From NCBI GenBank assembly GCA_965261595.1, contig CBDHDG010000005.1:736001-800000 (forward strand): a stretch of 64,000 bases of DNA. The letters run 5' to 3'. The translations under genes were made by a program, and so were the position numbers. Positions 1 through 9,579 of the stretch are shown piece by piece. The stretch comes from a bacterium. GTDB taxonomy: Bacteria; UBA8248; JACPRG01; G963555815. Under the pieces are notes generated by a model. That model did no database searches. It worked only from the letters and a program-made list of their open reading frames with translations, and was not told the origin of the DNA. Within the stretch, counting starts at the first letter, position 1; each line of letters opens with the position of its first letter.

Positions 1-275
1 CTCAAAGGTGTCCCTGAGATAAGCGAAGAGTTCGACGCGGTTCATTCCCTCTACTGAACTTCCATGCTCCAAGCCACCGAGCGCGACCTCGACAAGGTCC
101 TCGTGGCAATCCAGCGCAATAAGCGCCGCCTCATCGGTAATGTGGCAGGATCACCGACCCCATGCCGCCCGGGGCGTGGGTTGTGGTATGTTGCCCCTCA
201 TGGGAACGGTTGATTTCGCCGGATCCGCGTCATCAATTCGTCATCATTTCCCAAATGAGAGAGGGGGTTCTTCAC

Positions 276-2135
276 ATGCTTCGTCATTTTCGTCTGCTCG
301 GCGTTCTTCTCCTCGTCCTCGGCTTGGCCGGCAGCGCCTGGGCCCAGAGCTTCAGCAACTTCTTCGTGTTCGGCGCCAGCCTGAGCGACACCGGCAATAT
401 CGCCCAGAAGCTAGGGCTGCCGGCGGGCAGCAGCTTCACCACCAACCCCGACCCGCTTGCCGCCGAGATCATCGCGCAGACCTTCGGCGCATCGGGCAGG
501 CACTCCCTCGCCGGCGGACCGAACTACGCCTGGAGCGGCGCCTGTGTGCGCCCGGATGGCCCGTGCCTCAGTCCAGTGCCGACGATCACGCAGCAGGTCG
601 ACCAGCACCTCTCCTCGCGGGCGGGCGGGCGAGCCGACCCGGACGCGCTCTACTTCCTGTGGGCCGGCCTGAACGATATCAATGACGCATTGAGCGTGGA
701 TCCAGCCAATGCGGAGACCCGCGCATTGGCCGCCGCCGCCGCTCATGCCGGGCAGGTCCGGCGTCTCCAGGAAGCCGGGGCCCGCTATATCGTGGTGCCC
801 AACCTGCCCGATCTCAGCGTGATCCCATTCGCCGCCAACCTGCCTCCGGCTCTCCGGGGAGCGCTGACCGCACTGAGCGCCGCCTATAACGAGGTGGTCT
901 ATACCGGTCTGCGCGCGCGCGAGGATGGCATCATCCCCATTAATATCCTGGCCTTGACCGAGGAGTTACTCGAAAGCCCCCAGACGTACGGCTTCACCAA
1001 CGTCCGGGAAACGGCCTGCCCCCTGAACGCGAATCCCCTGACGGACCGCAGCCCGGTCTCGCTCGTATGCGGTCCGGAGGGCTCGGGTTATCCCGAGACC
1101 TACGCCCCCGGCGCCAATCAGCGCTACCTGTTCGCGGACGACAAACATCCGAGCGGCGCGGCTCACGCGGTCATCGCCAGCGTGGTCACCTCCACCCTCG
1201 CCGCCCCGGTCCAGGTTTCACTGGCCGGCGAGGCGGGCGTCGATGTGGCGGGGGTTCACCGCGGCGCCGTGTCCACGGAGCGGATGACGGATTTCGCCCT
1301 TGACCGACCCGTCGGGAGCTGGCGCGGCTACGTAACGGGAGGCATCGGCAAGCATGAGCTTGACGTTCTGCCGCGCCTGGGCGAAACGCGGGCCAACACG
1401 CAGGTGCTCACGCTGGGGGCCAACCGCCGGGCGGGGGCCGACCTGCACTGGGGCGCCGCATTGAGCCTCGCTCGCCACGACAGCGACGTCACGGGCGCGA
1501 GCCTCGACAGCACCGTGGTGCTCGGCTCGCTGCACGGAACGTGGCGTACCGGTGGCCTCCACCTGAGCGGCGCCCTGAGCGGGGGCAGGACATCGGTGGA
1601 CATCGAGCGCTCGATCCGCCTGGGACCGGCGCGGCGGCCCGAGCGCGGCTCCACCAGCGCCGCTCAGTTCGGGGCCGAACTCGACCTGGGCTGGCTCTTC
1701 GGTGAACCCGCGGCTCTCCGGCACGGTCCCTTCCTCGGTTTCGTCTGGATCGATCAGAAGGTCAAGGGCTACCGGGAGAGCGGGCGCTCCTCCACCTCGA
1801 TGAACTTCTCCGACTTCGAGCGCGATTCCTTCATCGCGCGCGGTGGCTACCAGCTCACCTGGCGCCTCGGCGGCGGGGTCCGCCCCTACGCCCGCGTCAC
1901 CTATGAGAGGGAACTCAAGGACGACCCCATCCTGGTCACCGCGGGTTCCAACACCCTGCCCGGGCGCTTCACCCTCCCGGGCTTCGCGCCGCCGCGCCAG
2001 TCGGTGAGCGCCGACCTTGGCCTGAGCGCGAAACTGACCGAGCACGCGAGCGTCCTCGCGGGCTACGCCGGACGCTTCGGCGACGGGTCGCGTCAGGACC
2101 ACCAGCTGTCTCTCGTTCTGCGCATTGCCTTCTGA
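276..2135 (+). CDS. GDSL/SGNH esterase autotransporter (EstA-like)
   Basis: Signal peptide (MLRHFRLLGVLLLVLGLAGSAWA); block I FGASLSDTGN; block III AGLND; block V LFADDKHPS; C-terminal beta-barrel ending in Phe; ATG 276 preceded by GAGGGGG. Confidence 0.9.
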   Translation: MLRHFRLLGVLLLVLGLAGSAWAQSFSNFFVFGASLSDTGNIAQKLGLPAGSSFTTNPDPLAAEIIAQTFGASGRHSLAGGPNYAWSGACVRPDGPCLSPVPTITQQVDQHLSSRAGGRADPDALYFLWAGLNDINDALSVDPANAETRALAAAAAHAGQVRRLQEAGARYIVVPNLPDLSVIPFAANLPPALRGALTALSAAYNEVVYTGLRAREDGIIPINILALTEELLESPQTYGFTNVRETACPLNANPLTDRSPVSLVCGPEGSGYPETYAPGANQRYLFADDKHPSGAAHAVIASVVTSTLAAPVQVSLAGEAGVDVAGVHRGAVSTERMTDFALDRPVGSWRGYVTGGIGKHELDVLPRLGETRANTQVLTLGANRRAGADLHWGAALSLARHDSDVTGASLDSTVVLGSLHGTWRTGGLHLSGALSGGRTSVDIERSIRLGPARRPERGSTSAAQFGAELDLGWLFGEPAALRHGPFLGFVWIDQKVKGYRESGRSSTSMNFSDFERDSFIARGGYQLTWRLGGGVRPYARVTYERELKDDPILVTAGSNTLPGRFTLPGFAPPRQSVSADLGLSAKLTEHASVLAGYAGRFGDGSRQDHQLSLVLRIAF

Positions 2136-2189
2136 TTCGCCCTCTCGCCGGGCTTCGCCCGCCCTCTTGCCGCCCGGCGGCGATCCCGA

Positions 2190-2443
2190 AGAAGAGAAGG
2201 AACGGGCTCGGGGGTCATCATCGCCCCGGATGGATTCGTCCTGACAAACAATCACGTGGTCGAAGGCGCTCGGGACGTCCGGGTCAGCTTGACGGACGGC
2301 CGTTCCCTCCCGGCGGCTATCGTGGGAACGGTTCCGGCTACGGATTTGGCCGTCGTCCGCCTGGGGACGAACGGTCTTCCGGCGGCAGAACCGGGTGATT
2401 CCGACGTAAACAAGCTGTTGCGAGTCGGACTTTGGAGGGCGGA
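2190..2443 (+). pseudogene. HtrA/DegP-like trypsin protease fragment
   Basis: Reads GTGSGVIIAPDGFVLTNNHVVEGA...TDLAVVRL; no start codon, and cut off by the IS21 left end before the catalytic Ser. Confidence 0.8.
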
Positions 2444-2569
2444 TGTAAACGGCGGTGTAAAACTGTCCCACTGAGGCGGTCGGCTATTCTGGCCGCGGCG
2501 GTCTAAAAGTGGACCGCTCTTTGGTCTTCCTTCAGGTTTGCAGGATACGACCTGAAGGGAGGCTGGAGG

Positions 2570-4069
2570 ATGTACTCAGTGGAACTGTACGCACGGGTTC
2601 GGCACACCTGCCACGTAGAAGGGATGAGCATCCGCGAAGCGGCGCGGGCGTTTGGTTTGCACCGGGACACGGTGCGCAAGATGCTGCGGTTTTCGATACC
2701 GCCCGGGTATCAGCGGAGTTATCCCCGGGCGAGGCCGAAGCTGGATCCGTTTACGGGTGTGATCGACCACATCGTGGAGGGGGACCGGAAGTGTGTGAGG
2801 AGACAGCGTCACACGGCCAAGCGGATCTTCGAGAGGCTGCGCGACGAGCACGGTTTCACGGGCGGTTACAGCATCGTGAAGGACTACGTGCGGGAGCGGC
2901 GGTTGCGGTCCCAGGAGATGTTCGTTCCCCTGGTCCACCCACCCGGCCATGGCCAGGCGGATTTTGGCGAGGCCCTGGCGGAGATTGCCGGGGTGGAGGG
3001 GAAGGTATCGTTTTTCACCTTCGATTTGCCCCACAGCGACATGGGTTTCGTGAAGGCCTATCCTGCGGAGAGGACCGAAGCCTTCTGCGCCGGTCATAAC
3101 GCGGCCTTCGCCTTCATCGGCGGTGTCTCCCACAGCATTCTCTACGACAACACCAAGCTTGCGGTGGCGCGCATCCTGGGCGCTGGGAAGCGTCAGCGCA
3201 CCCGGGCCTTTAGTGAGTTGCAGTCCCACTACCTGTTCAAAGAACGTTTTGGCCGTCTGGGCAAGCCGAATGACAAGGGGAAGGTCGAGAACCTAGTGGG
3301 CTATGTCCGGCGGAACTTTTTCGTTCCCATCCCGCGCTTTGAGAGCTTCGAGGCCCTCAATGCCCACCTGGAGGAGCAGTGCCGGAAGCGGTGGGGAGCA
3401 CGCCTGCGTGGGCACAGAGAGAGCATCGGCGAGCGCTTTGAGCGGGACCGGCATGTCCTTTTGCCGTTGCCGCCGGTGCCGTACGACGCCTGTGAGAAGA
3501 GCGGTACGCGGGTGAGCTCTCTGTCTTTGGTGCGCTACCGGGGCAACGACTACTCGGTTCCCGTGGCTTACGGCCACCGTGAGGTGCTGGTTCGGGGCTA
3601 CGTGCACGAGGTGGTCATCACCTGCGGGACGGAGGAGATTGCCCGTCACCGGCGCTCCTGCGAGCGGGAGGACCTGGTCTTCAACCCGCTGCATTACCTG
3701 GCGCTGATTGAGAAGAAGATCGGTGCACTGGATCAGGCGGCGCCCCTGGCCGGGTGGGAGTTGCCCGAGGCATTCGGCACGCTGCGCAGGCTGCTTGAAG
3801 CGCGCATGGGCAAGGCCGGCAAGCGGGAGTACGTCCAGGTCCTGCGGCTGCTCGAGACGTTCGGGTTGGAGGAAGTTGACGCCGGGGTCCGGGATGCCCT
3901 GCGGCTGGGAACCATCGGCTTCGATGCGCTCAAACACCTGATGCTGTGCCGCATCGAGCGCAGGCCTGCCCGGCTGAACCTGGAGGTCTATCCCTATCTG
4001 CCGCGCGCCCGGGTTGCGACAACCTCCGCCCGGGCGTACCTGGACCTGCTCACGGGGGTGCGGCCGTGA
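2570..4069 (+). CDS. istA: IS21 transposase
   Basis: N-terminal HTH; DDE motifs QADFGE, LYDNTK, KGKVENLV. Confidence 0.93.
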   Translation: MYSVELYARVRHTCHVEGMSIREAARAFGLHRDTVRKMLRFSIPPGYQRSYPRARPKLDPFTGVIDHIVEGDRKCVRRQRHTAKRIFERLRDEHGFTGGYSIVKDYVRERRLRSQEMFVPLVHPPGHGQADFGEALAEIAGVEGKVSFFTFDLPHSDMGFVKAYPAERTEAFCAGHNAAFAFIGGVSHSILYDNTKLAVARILGAGKRQRTRAFSELQSHYLFKERFGRLGKPNDKGKVENLVGYVRRNFFVPIPRFESFEALNAHLEEQCRKRWGARLRGHRESIGERFERDRHVLLPLPPVPYDACEKSGTRVSSLSLVRYRGNDYSVPVAYGHREVLVRGYVHEVVITCGTEEIARHRRSCEREDLVFNPLHYLALIEKKIGALDQAAPLAGWELPEAFGTLRRLLEARMGKAGKREYVQVLRLLETFGLEEVDAGVRDALRLGTIGFDALKHLMLCRIERRPARLNLEVYPYLPRARVATTSARAYLDLLTGVRP

Positions 4070-4482
4070 AGGAGACTCCCCAGGTGCTCCTGGCCCATCA
4101 CCTCAAGGCGCTCAAGCTGCCCACCTTCGGGAGGGAATACGACAAGGTCGCCCGGCAGTGCGCCGCCGAGGGGGTCGACCCCGTGCGTTTTTTGATGCGC
4201 CTGTCCGAGCTGGAGCTGATTGACCGGGAGCGCCGGATGGTGGAGCGGCGAATCAAGGCGGCGCGCTTCCCGGCGGTCAAGAGCCTGGAGCGCTTCGACT
4301 TCCTGGCTCTGCCCTCCCTCAACAAGACGCTGGTTGTGGAACTGGCGAGGTGTGAGTACATCGAACGGCGCGAGAACGTGATTGCCCTGGGCAACAGCGG
4401 CACAGGCAAGACCCACTCCCCCGCTCTAGGGTTTTGTTGGACACTCGATTGATCCATGATTCATGGAGAAAGAGGTGTCGCG

Positions 4483-4869
4483 ATGAACGAACAAAAGCAA
4501 GAGGGGGCTTTGGCGGAGGGCGCCCGTAGGGCGAACGGAGCCAAGGCCCCAGGGCATCGCAGTGAGCGGGGTCGGTTCTCCTGCCAGCGCAAGCGGGAGG
4601 CGGTCCTGCGTCTTTTGCGGGGCGAGAGCCTGGAGACGCTCTGCCGCGAGTTGGGCACGACAGCGGCTCGGCTTTCCGCCTGGCGCGAGGCGTTCCTTCG
4701 CGGGGGCGAGGCGGCGCTCAAAGCCCGCCCGGCGGATGAGCGGGACGAGGAGAACGCCCGGCTCAAGGCCAAGGTGGGCGAACTCACGATGGAGGGCGAG
4801 GTCCTGCGGGAGAAGATCGACCGCCTGGAGGCCGGCCGCCCTTTAGCCGGCAGGAGGTGGAGGCGATGA
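4483..4869 (+). CDS. IS3 transposase OrfA
   Basis: HTH (RKREAVLRLLRGESLETLCRELG) plus coiled coil. Confidence 0.85.
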   Translation: MNEQKQEGALAEGARRANGAKAPGHRSERGRFSCQRKREAVLRLLRGESLETLCRELGTTAARLSAWREAFLRGGEAALKARPADERDEENARLKAKVGELTMEGEVLREKIDRLEAGRPLAGRRWRR

Positions 4870-5774
4870 GTCAGGCCCGCTTCACCTCCACGGGCAGAGC
4901 CTACGGCCTGAAGCGGGTGTGCGCCCTTTGGGGCTTGGCGCGCTCCACGGTCTACGCGCAACGGCGGCGAGAGGCGGTCCCCGTTCATGAACGCCCCACG
5001 CCCAATAAGCGCGGCCCTGTGGGCCCGTGCACCGATGCGGAACTCCTCGGCCACATCCGGCAGGTCCTGGAGGACTCTCCCTTCCATGGCGAGGGCTACC
5101 GCAAGGTGTGGGCGAGGCTGCGCTTCGCGGGCATCCGCACCAGCAAGGAGCGGGTGCGTCGCCTGATGCGGGAGGCGGGGCTTCAGGCCCCCCACCGGGT
5201 GGGCAAACCCCGAGGTCCCAAGGCCCACAACGGGACCATCCGCACCGAGCGGCCCGACCGAATGTGGGGCACGCACATGACGACGACGGTGACCACCGAG
5301 GAGGGGATGGCCTCGGTGTTCGTGGCGGTGGATCACTGCTCGGTGGACTGCGTGGGGATCCATGCGGCCAAGAGCGGCAACCGCTTCGAGGCCCTGGAGC
5401 CGATCCGGCATGGGGTCGTCGAGCGCTTCGCCGGCTTGGAGGCGGACGTCGCCGAGGGGCTTAAAGTTCGTCACGACCACGGCCCCGCCTATCTGTCCGA
5501 TGACTTTCAGCGGGAGATCGCCTACCTGGGCATGACCAGTTCGCCCAGCTTCGTGCGGGCGCCCGAGGGAAATGGCTACTGTGAGTGGTTCATCCGCATC
5601 TTGAAGGAGAATCTCCTGTGGGTGCGCTCTTTCGCCACCGTAGAGGAACTGCGGTGGGCGCTGCTTGAGTTCAAGAACCTGTACAACCATCATTGGATTC
5701 TCGAGGGCTACGGCTACCGAACGCCGGCCCAGGCAAGGCAGGAAAAACTCGCTCAAGTTGCGGAGGCCGCATGA
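4857..5774 (+). CDS. IS3 transposase OrfB (first catalytic Asp appears replaced by His)
   Basis: GYRKVWARL; WGTHMT; RHDHG; PEGNGYCE. Confidence 0.85.
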   Translation: MEAMSQARFTSTGRAYGLKRVCALWGLARSTVYAQRRREAVPVHERPTPNKRGPVGPCTDAELLGHIRQVLEDSPFHGEGYRKVWARLRFAGIRTSKERVRRLMREAGLQAPHRVGKPRGPKAHNGTIRTERPDRMWGTHMTTTVTTEEGMASVFVAVDHCSVDCVGIHAAKSGNRFEALEPIRHGVVERFAGLEADVAEGLKVRHDHGPAYLSDDFQREIAYLGMTSSPSFVRAPEGNGYCEWFIRILKENLLWVRSFATVEELRWALLEFKNLYNHHWILEGYGYRTPAQARQEKLAQVAEAA

Positions 5775-6362
5775 GGTCGAATACCCTCACCCGAGTGTCC
5801 AATAACCCAGGGGCGGTCCACCACATCGCTCTGGGTCTCGGGCTTACGGCGTGTCAGAAGGGGTTGTCCGTCGGCTTCACAACCGCCGCCGCGCTGGTCA
5901 ACGGGTTGCTCGAAGCGCGTGACGAAAGGCGTCTGCTGCGCCTTCAGAAGCAACGGGCCGCCTACAAGCTTCTGATCATCGATGAACTGGGCTTCGTGCC
6001 CCTGTCCAAGACCGGCGCCGAACTGCTGTTTGAGGTCTTCAGCCAGCGCTATGAGCGCGGCTCTATCCTGGGGACGAGCAACCTGCCGTTCGACGAGTGG
6101 ACCGAGATCTTCGGCTCCGAGCGGCTGACCGGCGCCCTGCTCGACCGCCTGACGCATCACGTCCACATCCTGGAGATGAACGGCGAAAGCTATCGGCTCA
6201 GGCAAAGTAGGAAACGGCGCTCAAACAAACAAGCAAAGCCTCAAGACTCCGTCCCAATGGAGTGAGGCCACAACCCAGGAAGGGGGCCCATGGGCCCCCT
6301 TCTTCACACACCAGGTGGGACACTTGCCGCCACGCCGGTACACTTTTACTCCGCCCTTGACA

Positions 6363-6929
6363 GCCAGGATGACCCGCTGATGCGGCGTGCGGCTCATGGC
6401 CCGCTCTACCCATTCCGCGTTCAGTTGCCTCAGCCTGCTCAGGTTCTCCTCGCTGCAGAGAACTTCCGTCTCGAACCGGCTCCATGTGTTGGTACTGGCC
6501 GCCTGCTTCTCAAGTGCCCGCCGGCCAACTACGGCTTGCCTGGCAGGGTCTCTCGCCAATCGCTCGGCATCGTTGGTGTCCTCGTACCCGGCCAGGCGAC
6601 TATAGAGTGACTGGCGCAATAGCGGCACCAACTCATGCTGGACGTTCCGGCCATGACGGATCTCTTGCAAGTGGGCTGGCGCTCTCACCGTCAAACCCAG
6701 CGCATCATCCAACTCCCGGCAGGCCAGCAATCCTGCATCTGAAGTGATTCTGGCTCCGTGAAAGTCAAGCCTCAGCCTACGGTTACAATGGACCCTCAAT
6801 GCCGTCTTTTTCGCTTCACCCATAGGGTTCCCCCGCGAGAACGTGGCAGGGGGAAGACAACACGCTGATTTTACAAGAGAAAGCGCCTTTCGGTCTGTCG
6901 AATCTTATGATCCAAATGGGAAATGCGGG
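6363..6929 (-). mobile_element. Truncated IS1380-family element (5' part; transposase start 6823)
   Basis: End CCCGCATTTCCCAT matches the IS1380 at 18413; protein ITSDAGLL...LAGYEDTND; cut by the IS21 right end. Confidence 0.88.
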
Positions 6930-7229
6930 TTAACCTGTCAGGTTGAAAATTGCGACCGATCACCGGTTTCAAATAATTTGTGCCGGGGGCATTACTTGCG
7001 GACGAGGCGAGGGTATCAACTGCGTCCGATCCTTCCCGCCCATCGGAAATGGACCCCGGAAGAGGATCGGAAACTGCTTGATTTGATCCGGCATACCCCT
7101 GGCGGCGTGGGCCATGCTCCGTATGGCGAGACGGCGGGGCTGGCCGATCACCTTTGTCGAACGAGTAACGGATTGCGCGCAAGGCTTGTCGTATTGAGAC
7201 GACGGAAGAAAGAGGCGCTTGGCCTTTGA
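6930..7229 (+). pseudogene. 5'-truncated phage-type Zn-finger + Myb-like protein
   Basis: CQVENC-x9-CRGHY followed by KWTPEEDRKLL; its start is replaced by the IS1380 end. Confidence 0.5.
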
Positions 7230-7289
7230 ACCCCCCTCTCCGTGGTGACTTATTGGTGACTCTACATTTTATGATTCCCGCCAAATCCA

Positions 7290-7356
7290 TGTAACTTATT
7301 GAAAAGATGGAGCCGACGGGCGGATTTGAACCGCCGACCTACTGATTACGGATCAG
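7290..7356 (-). repeat. att site: duplicated 3' portion of tRNA-Thr plus 18 bp downstream
   Basis: 7290-7350 identical to 31143-31203 (61 bp); match extends to 7356 with one mismatch. Confidence 0.95.
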
Positions 7357-7482
7357 ATTTTCCGCTGTTCTCCCGAGATTACGGTGTGTTAATGGAGTTT
7401 ATTTTATAATAGTAATATCAATGTGTTACAAGGTATTTATGTTTCGCTTGCGTTAATGCAGATTATTCTATATTCTGTCTCT

Positions 7483-7502
7483 GTGCTGACATAGTGCTGA
7501 CA
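7483..7502 (+). promoter_or_regulatory. Putative integrase arm-type binding sites
   Basis: GTGCTGACA twice with 11-bp period; echoed by TGCTGACA/TGCTGATA at 31096-31114. Confidence 0.6.
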
Positions 7503-7515
7503 CGGAGACCCAAAT

Positions 7516-8739
7516 ATGACCACCGTTCGACCCACTGACAGAAAATCAGACAACCTTACCGAGCGCCGGATCCGAGAAGCCAAACCGAGGCCAAAAACGT
7601 GGATTCTATGGGATGTTCAAGTCAGGGGCTTGGGCGTTCGGATCACGCCAGCGGGTGTAAAGTCGTACATCCTCAACTTCCGCGTGGGTGGCCGCGAACG
7701 GCGGGCGACGCTGGCGCGAGCATCCGAACTCTCGCTGAAGGCGGCGCGGGAGCGCGCCGGGCAGGAGCTCGCCGCAATCCGCGCGGGCGAAGCGGACCCG
7801 CTTGAGCGCCGCCGCAACGCGAAGGCCGCCCAAACCGTGGCGGACTTGATCCGCAAATTTCTCACAACTGAGGGACCGGCGCGGATTCAGCGCGGGCGCA
7901 TGACGCAACGCACGCTTTCCGAATACCGCCGCCAGTGCGAACGATACATCCTGCCCGCAATCGGCAAGATGAATGTCGAAGCTGTAGGGCGCGGGCACAT
8001 CGAGCGCATGGTGGCGGCGCTTGCGCCCGTTACGCGCAATCGCGTCCTGGCGCTTGCATCTCGCCTGTTCTCATTGGCGGAAGTTTGGGAGCTTCGAACA
8101 TCCAATCCCGTTCGGGGAATCGAGCGCGCACGAGAAGAAGCCCGCGACCGGGTTCTATCGCCCGCCGAATTGGCGAAGCTGGCGGCAGTGCTGAATGATT
8201 TTGAAGATCGATATCCCGCTTCCGTTGCCGCGATCCGAACCGCCGCGCTGACCGGATTACGGATCGGCGAAGTGTTGGCGATCCGATGGGAACACGTCGA
8301 TTTCGAGACGGGCAGGCTGACGCTGCCCGAAACCAAGACTGGACGGCGGCAACATGACCTGCCCACGGCGGCGCTCGAAATCCTGTCGGCTTTTCCCCGG
8401 ATCAACGCATGGGCCTTCACGACCGGAAGCGACGCGCCCGTGACCTATCGCACGGTGCGCAAGCACTTTGCCGATGCGGCGAAGGAAGCCGGGATCGATG
8501 ATGTGCGGATTCATGATCTACGGAGAACCGTGATGACAAACGCCGCTATGGCGGGCGTCGGAACGCACGTCTTGAGAGACTTGCTCGGGCACAAGACGGC
8601 GATGATGGCCGATAGGTACATCCGCGCTGTCGGCAGTCCGGTGCGTGACGCGCGGGAACAGGTCGGCACAGCGATGGCTACGATGATGGCGGGCAAGGGC
8701 GGCAACGTCGTCCCGCTGCGAGGCCGGCGCCGTGGATGA
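7516..8739 (+). CDS. Tyrosine integrase with N-terminal arm-binding domain
   Basis: WDVQVRGLGVRITPAGVKSY; catalytic TGLRIGE, ETKTG, HDLRR, LLGH, DRY. Confidence 0.95.
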   Translation: MTTVRPTDRKSDNLTERRIREAKPRPKTWILWDVQVRGLGVRITPAGVKSYILNFRVGGRERRATLARASELSLKAARERAGQELAAIRAGEADPLERRRNAKAAQTVADLIRKFLTTEGPARIQRGRMTQRTLSEYRRQCERYILPAIGKMNVEAVGRGHIERMVAALAPVTRNRVLALASRLFSLAEVWELRTSNPVRGIERAREEARDRVLSPAELAKLAAVLNDFEDRYPASVAAIRTAALTGLRIGEVLAIRWEHVDFETGRLTLPETKTGRRQHDLPTAALEILSAFPRINAWAFTTGSDAPVTYRTVRKHFADAAKEAGIDDVRIHDLRRTVMTNAAMAGVGTHVLRDLLGHKTAMMADRYIRAVGSPVRDAREQVGTAMATMMAGKGGNVVPLRGRRRG

Positions 8740-9250
8740 ACTCAGCGAAGGCGAACTCGACGACATTCGCGCCTTCATCGAAAACGAAGATGGCAGTTAT
8801 CCCGAGTCGGCGGATCTGGTCGCCCGATGGGACAGCCTTTCGCCCGATGCGCGCGCGCCCGGTCGCCCCAACTACTTGACGCGCGATGTGTTGATCTGGA
8901 GTTACTCGCATTGGGCGTTCAAAAGGCGCTGGGCATGGGACGGCCTGAACCAGTTGCTGATTACCCTTGAAGACCGCCGCGAGCCTATCCCCAAGGCGCT
9001 GAAGGACTGGGCCTATAGCGTCGTTTCCAGACAAGCCCGAGGAACGTTTAAGGCACCCGACAAGATGCGCAATCCCGAATTCGGACCGAAAGACGACCGG
9101 GACATGCGCATCATGCGCGTTTACGACATTCTCCGTGAAGATGGATGGTCCGAGGAAAAAGCCGAAGATAACATCATGATCGCTCTCGGCGGCGACGATC
9201 TCCGACATGTGTTCAGGAAAATGCGGGACTTCCACCCATTCAAGCGGTGA
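8732..9250 (+). CDS. Hypothetical protein
   Basis: 172-aa ORF overlapping the integrase stop; protein-like composition. Confidence 0.65.
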   Translation: MDELSEGELDDIRAFIENEDGSYPESADLVARWDSLSPDARAPGRPNYLTRDVLIWSYSHWAFKRRWAWDGLNQLLITLEDRREPIPKALKDWAYSVVSRQARGTFKAPDKMRNPEFGPKDDRDMRIMRVYDILREDGWSEEKAEDNIMIALGGDDLRHVFRKMRDFHPFKR

Positions 9251-9354
9251 GACTATACGCCGCGCATAGTCACCAGACAGAAGATTTCTTTTGGATTAAT
9301 TTGCTCCCAACAGGGTGAAGTTTGGTTCCTTTGAACATGTTGGGAGCAAACAAA

Positions 9355-9579
9355 ATGACGCGATTTGACCCCACTCGCTATTACCGGACGACGGATTCGG
9401 AACTCTCCATCATCGCCACACGCGGCACGATGTCTCAATGGCGCCATCGCGGCGAAGGACCACGCTACATCCGGCTTGGGCGCCGAGTGCTGTATTTCGG
9501 TGAAGATCTGAATCGCTTCATCGACCAGCATCTCGTCGACCCAGTGGCCGCGCCCGCCGGCAACGGCGAAACCACATGA
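9355..9579 (+). CDS. AlpA/excisionase-like HTH protein
   Basis: TMSQWRHRGEGPRYIRLGRRVLY; GGGAG upstream. Confidence 0.85.
   Translation: MTRFDPTRYYRTTDSELSIIATRGTMSQWRHRGEGPRYIRLGRRVLYFGEDLNRFIDQHLVDPVAAPAGNGETT

Larger units (their letters stand above)
4417..5820 (+). mobile_element. IS3-family element A, copy 1 (1404 bp)
   Basis: IRs share TTGGACACTCG; CCAC target duplication at 4413-4416 and 5821-5824; near-identical to 36452-37855. Confidence 0.92.
4066..6265 (+). pseudogene. istB: IS21 helper ATPase, split by IS3 insertion
   Basis: GTG overlaps the istA stop; Walker A GNSGTGKTH|IALGLG is split at 4416/5821; Walker B LLIIDELG and LLDRLTHH lie in the 3' part. Confidence 0.92.
2444..6362 (+). 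mobile_element. IS21-family insertion sequence, interrupted by an IS3
   Basis: Imperfect terminal IRs TGTAAACGGCGGTGTAAAACTGT / TGTCAAGGGCGGAGTAAAAGTGT; istA+istB; no target duplication visible. Confidence 0.9.

Noticed and set aside
1..210. Possible gene tail and short ORF at the window start
   Set aside because: Too short and broken to assign
7215..7227. 13-bp match GCGCTTGGCCTTT with 30933-30945
   Set aside because: Short, at different distances from att; may be chance
7308..7356. Second tRNA-Thr
   Set aside because: Only the 3' part is present (no 5' acceptor strand or D arm); it is the att duplicate
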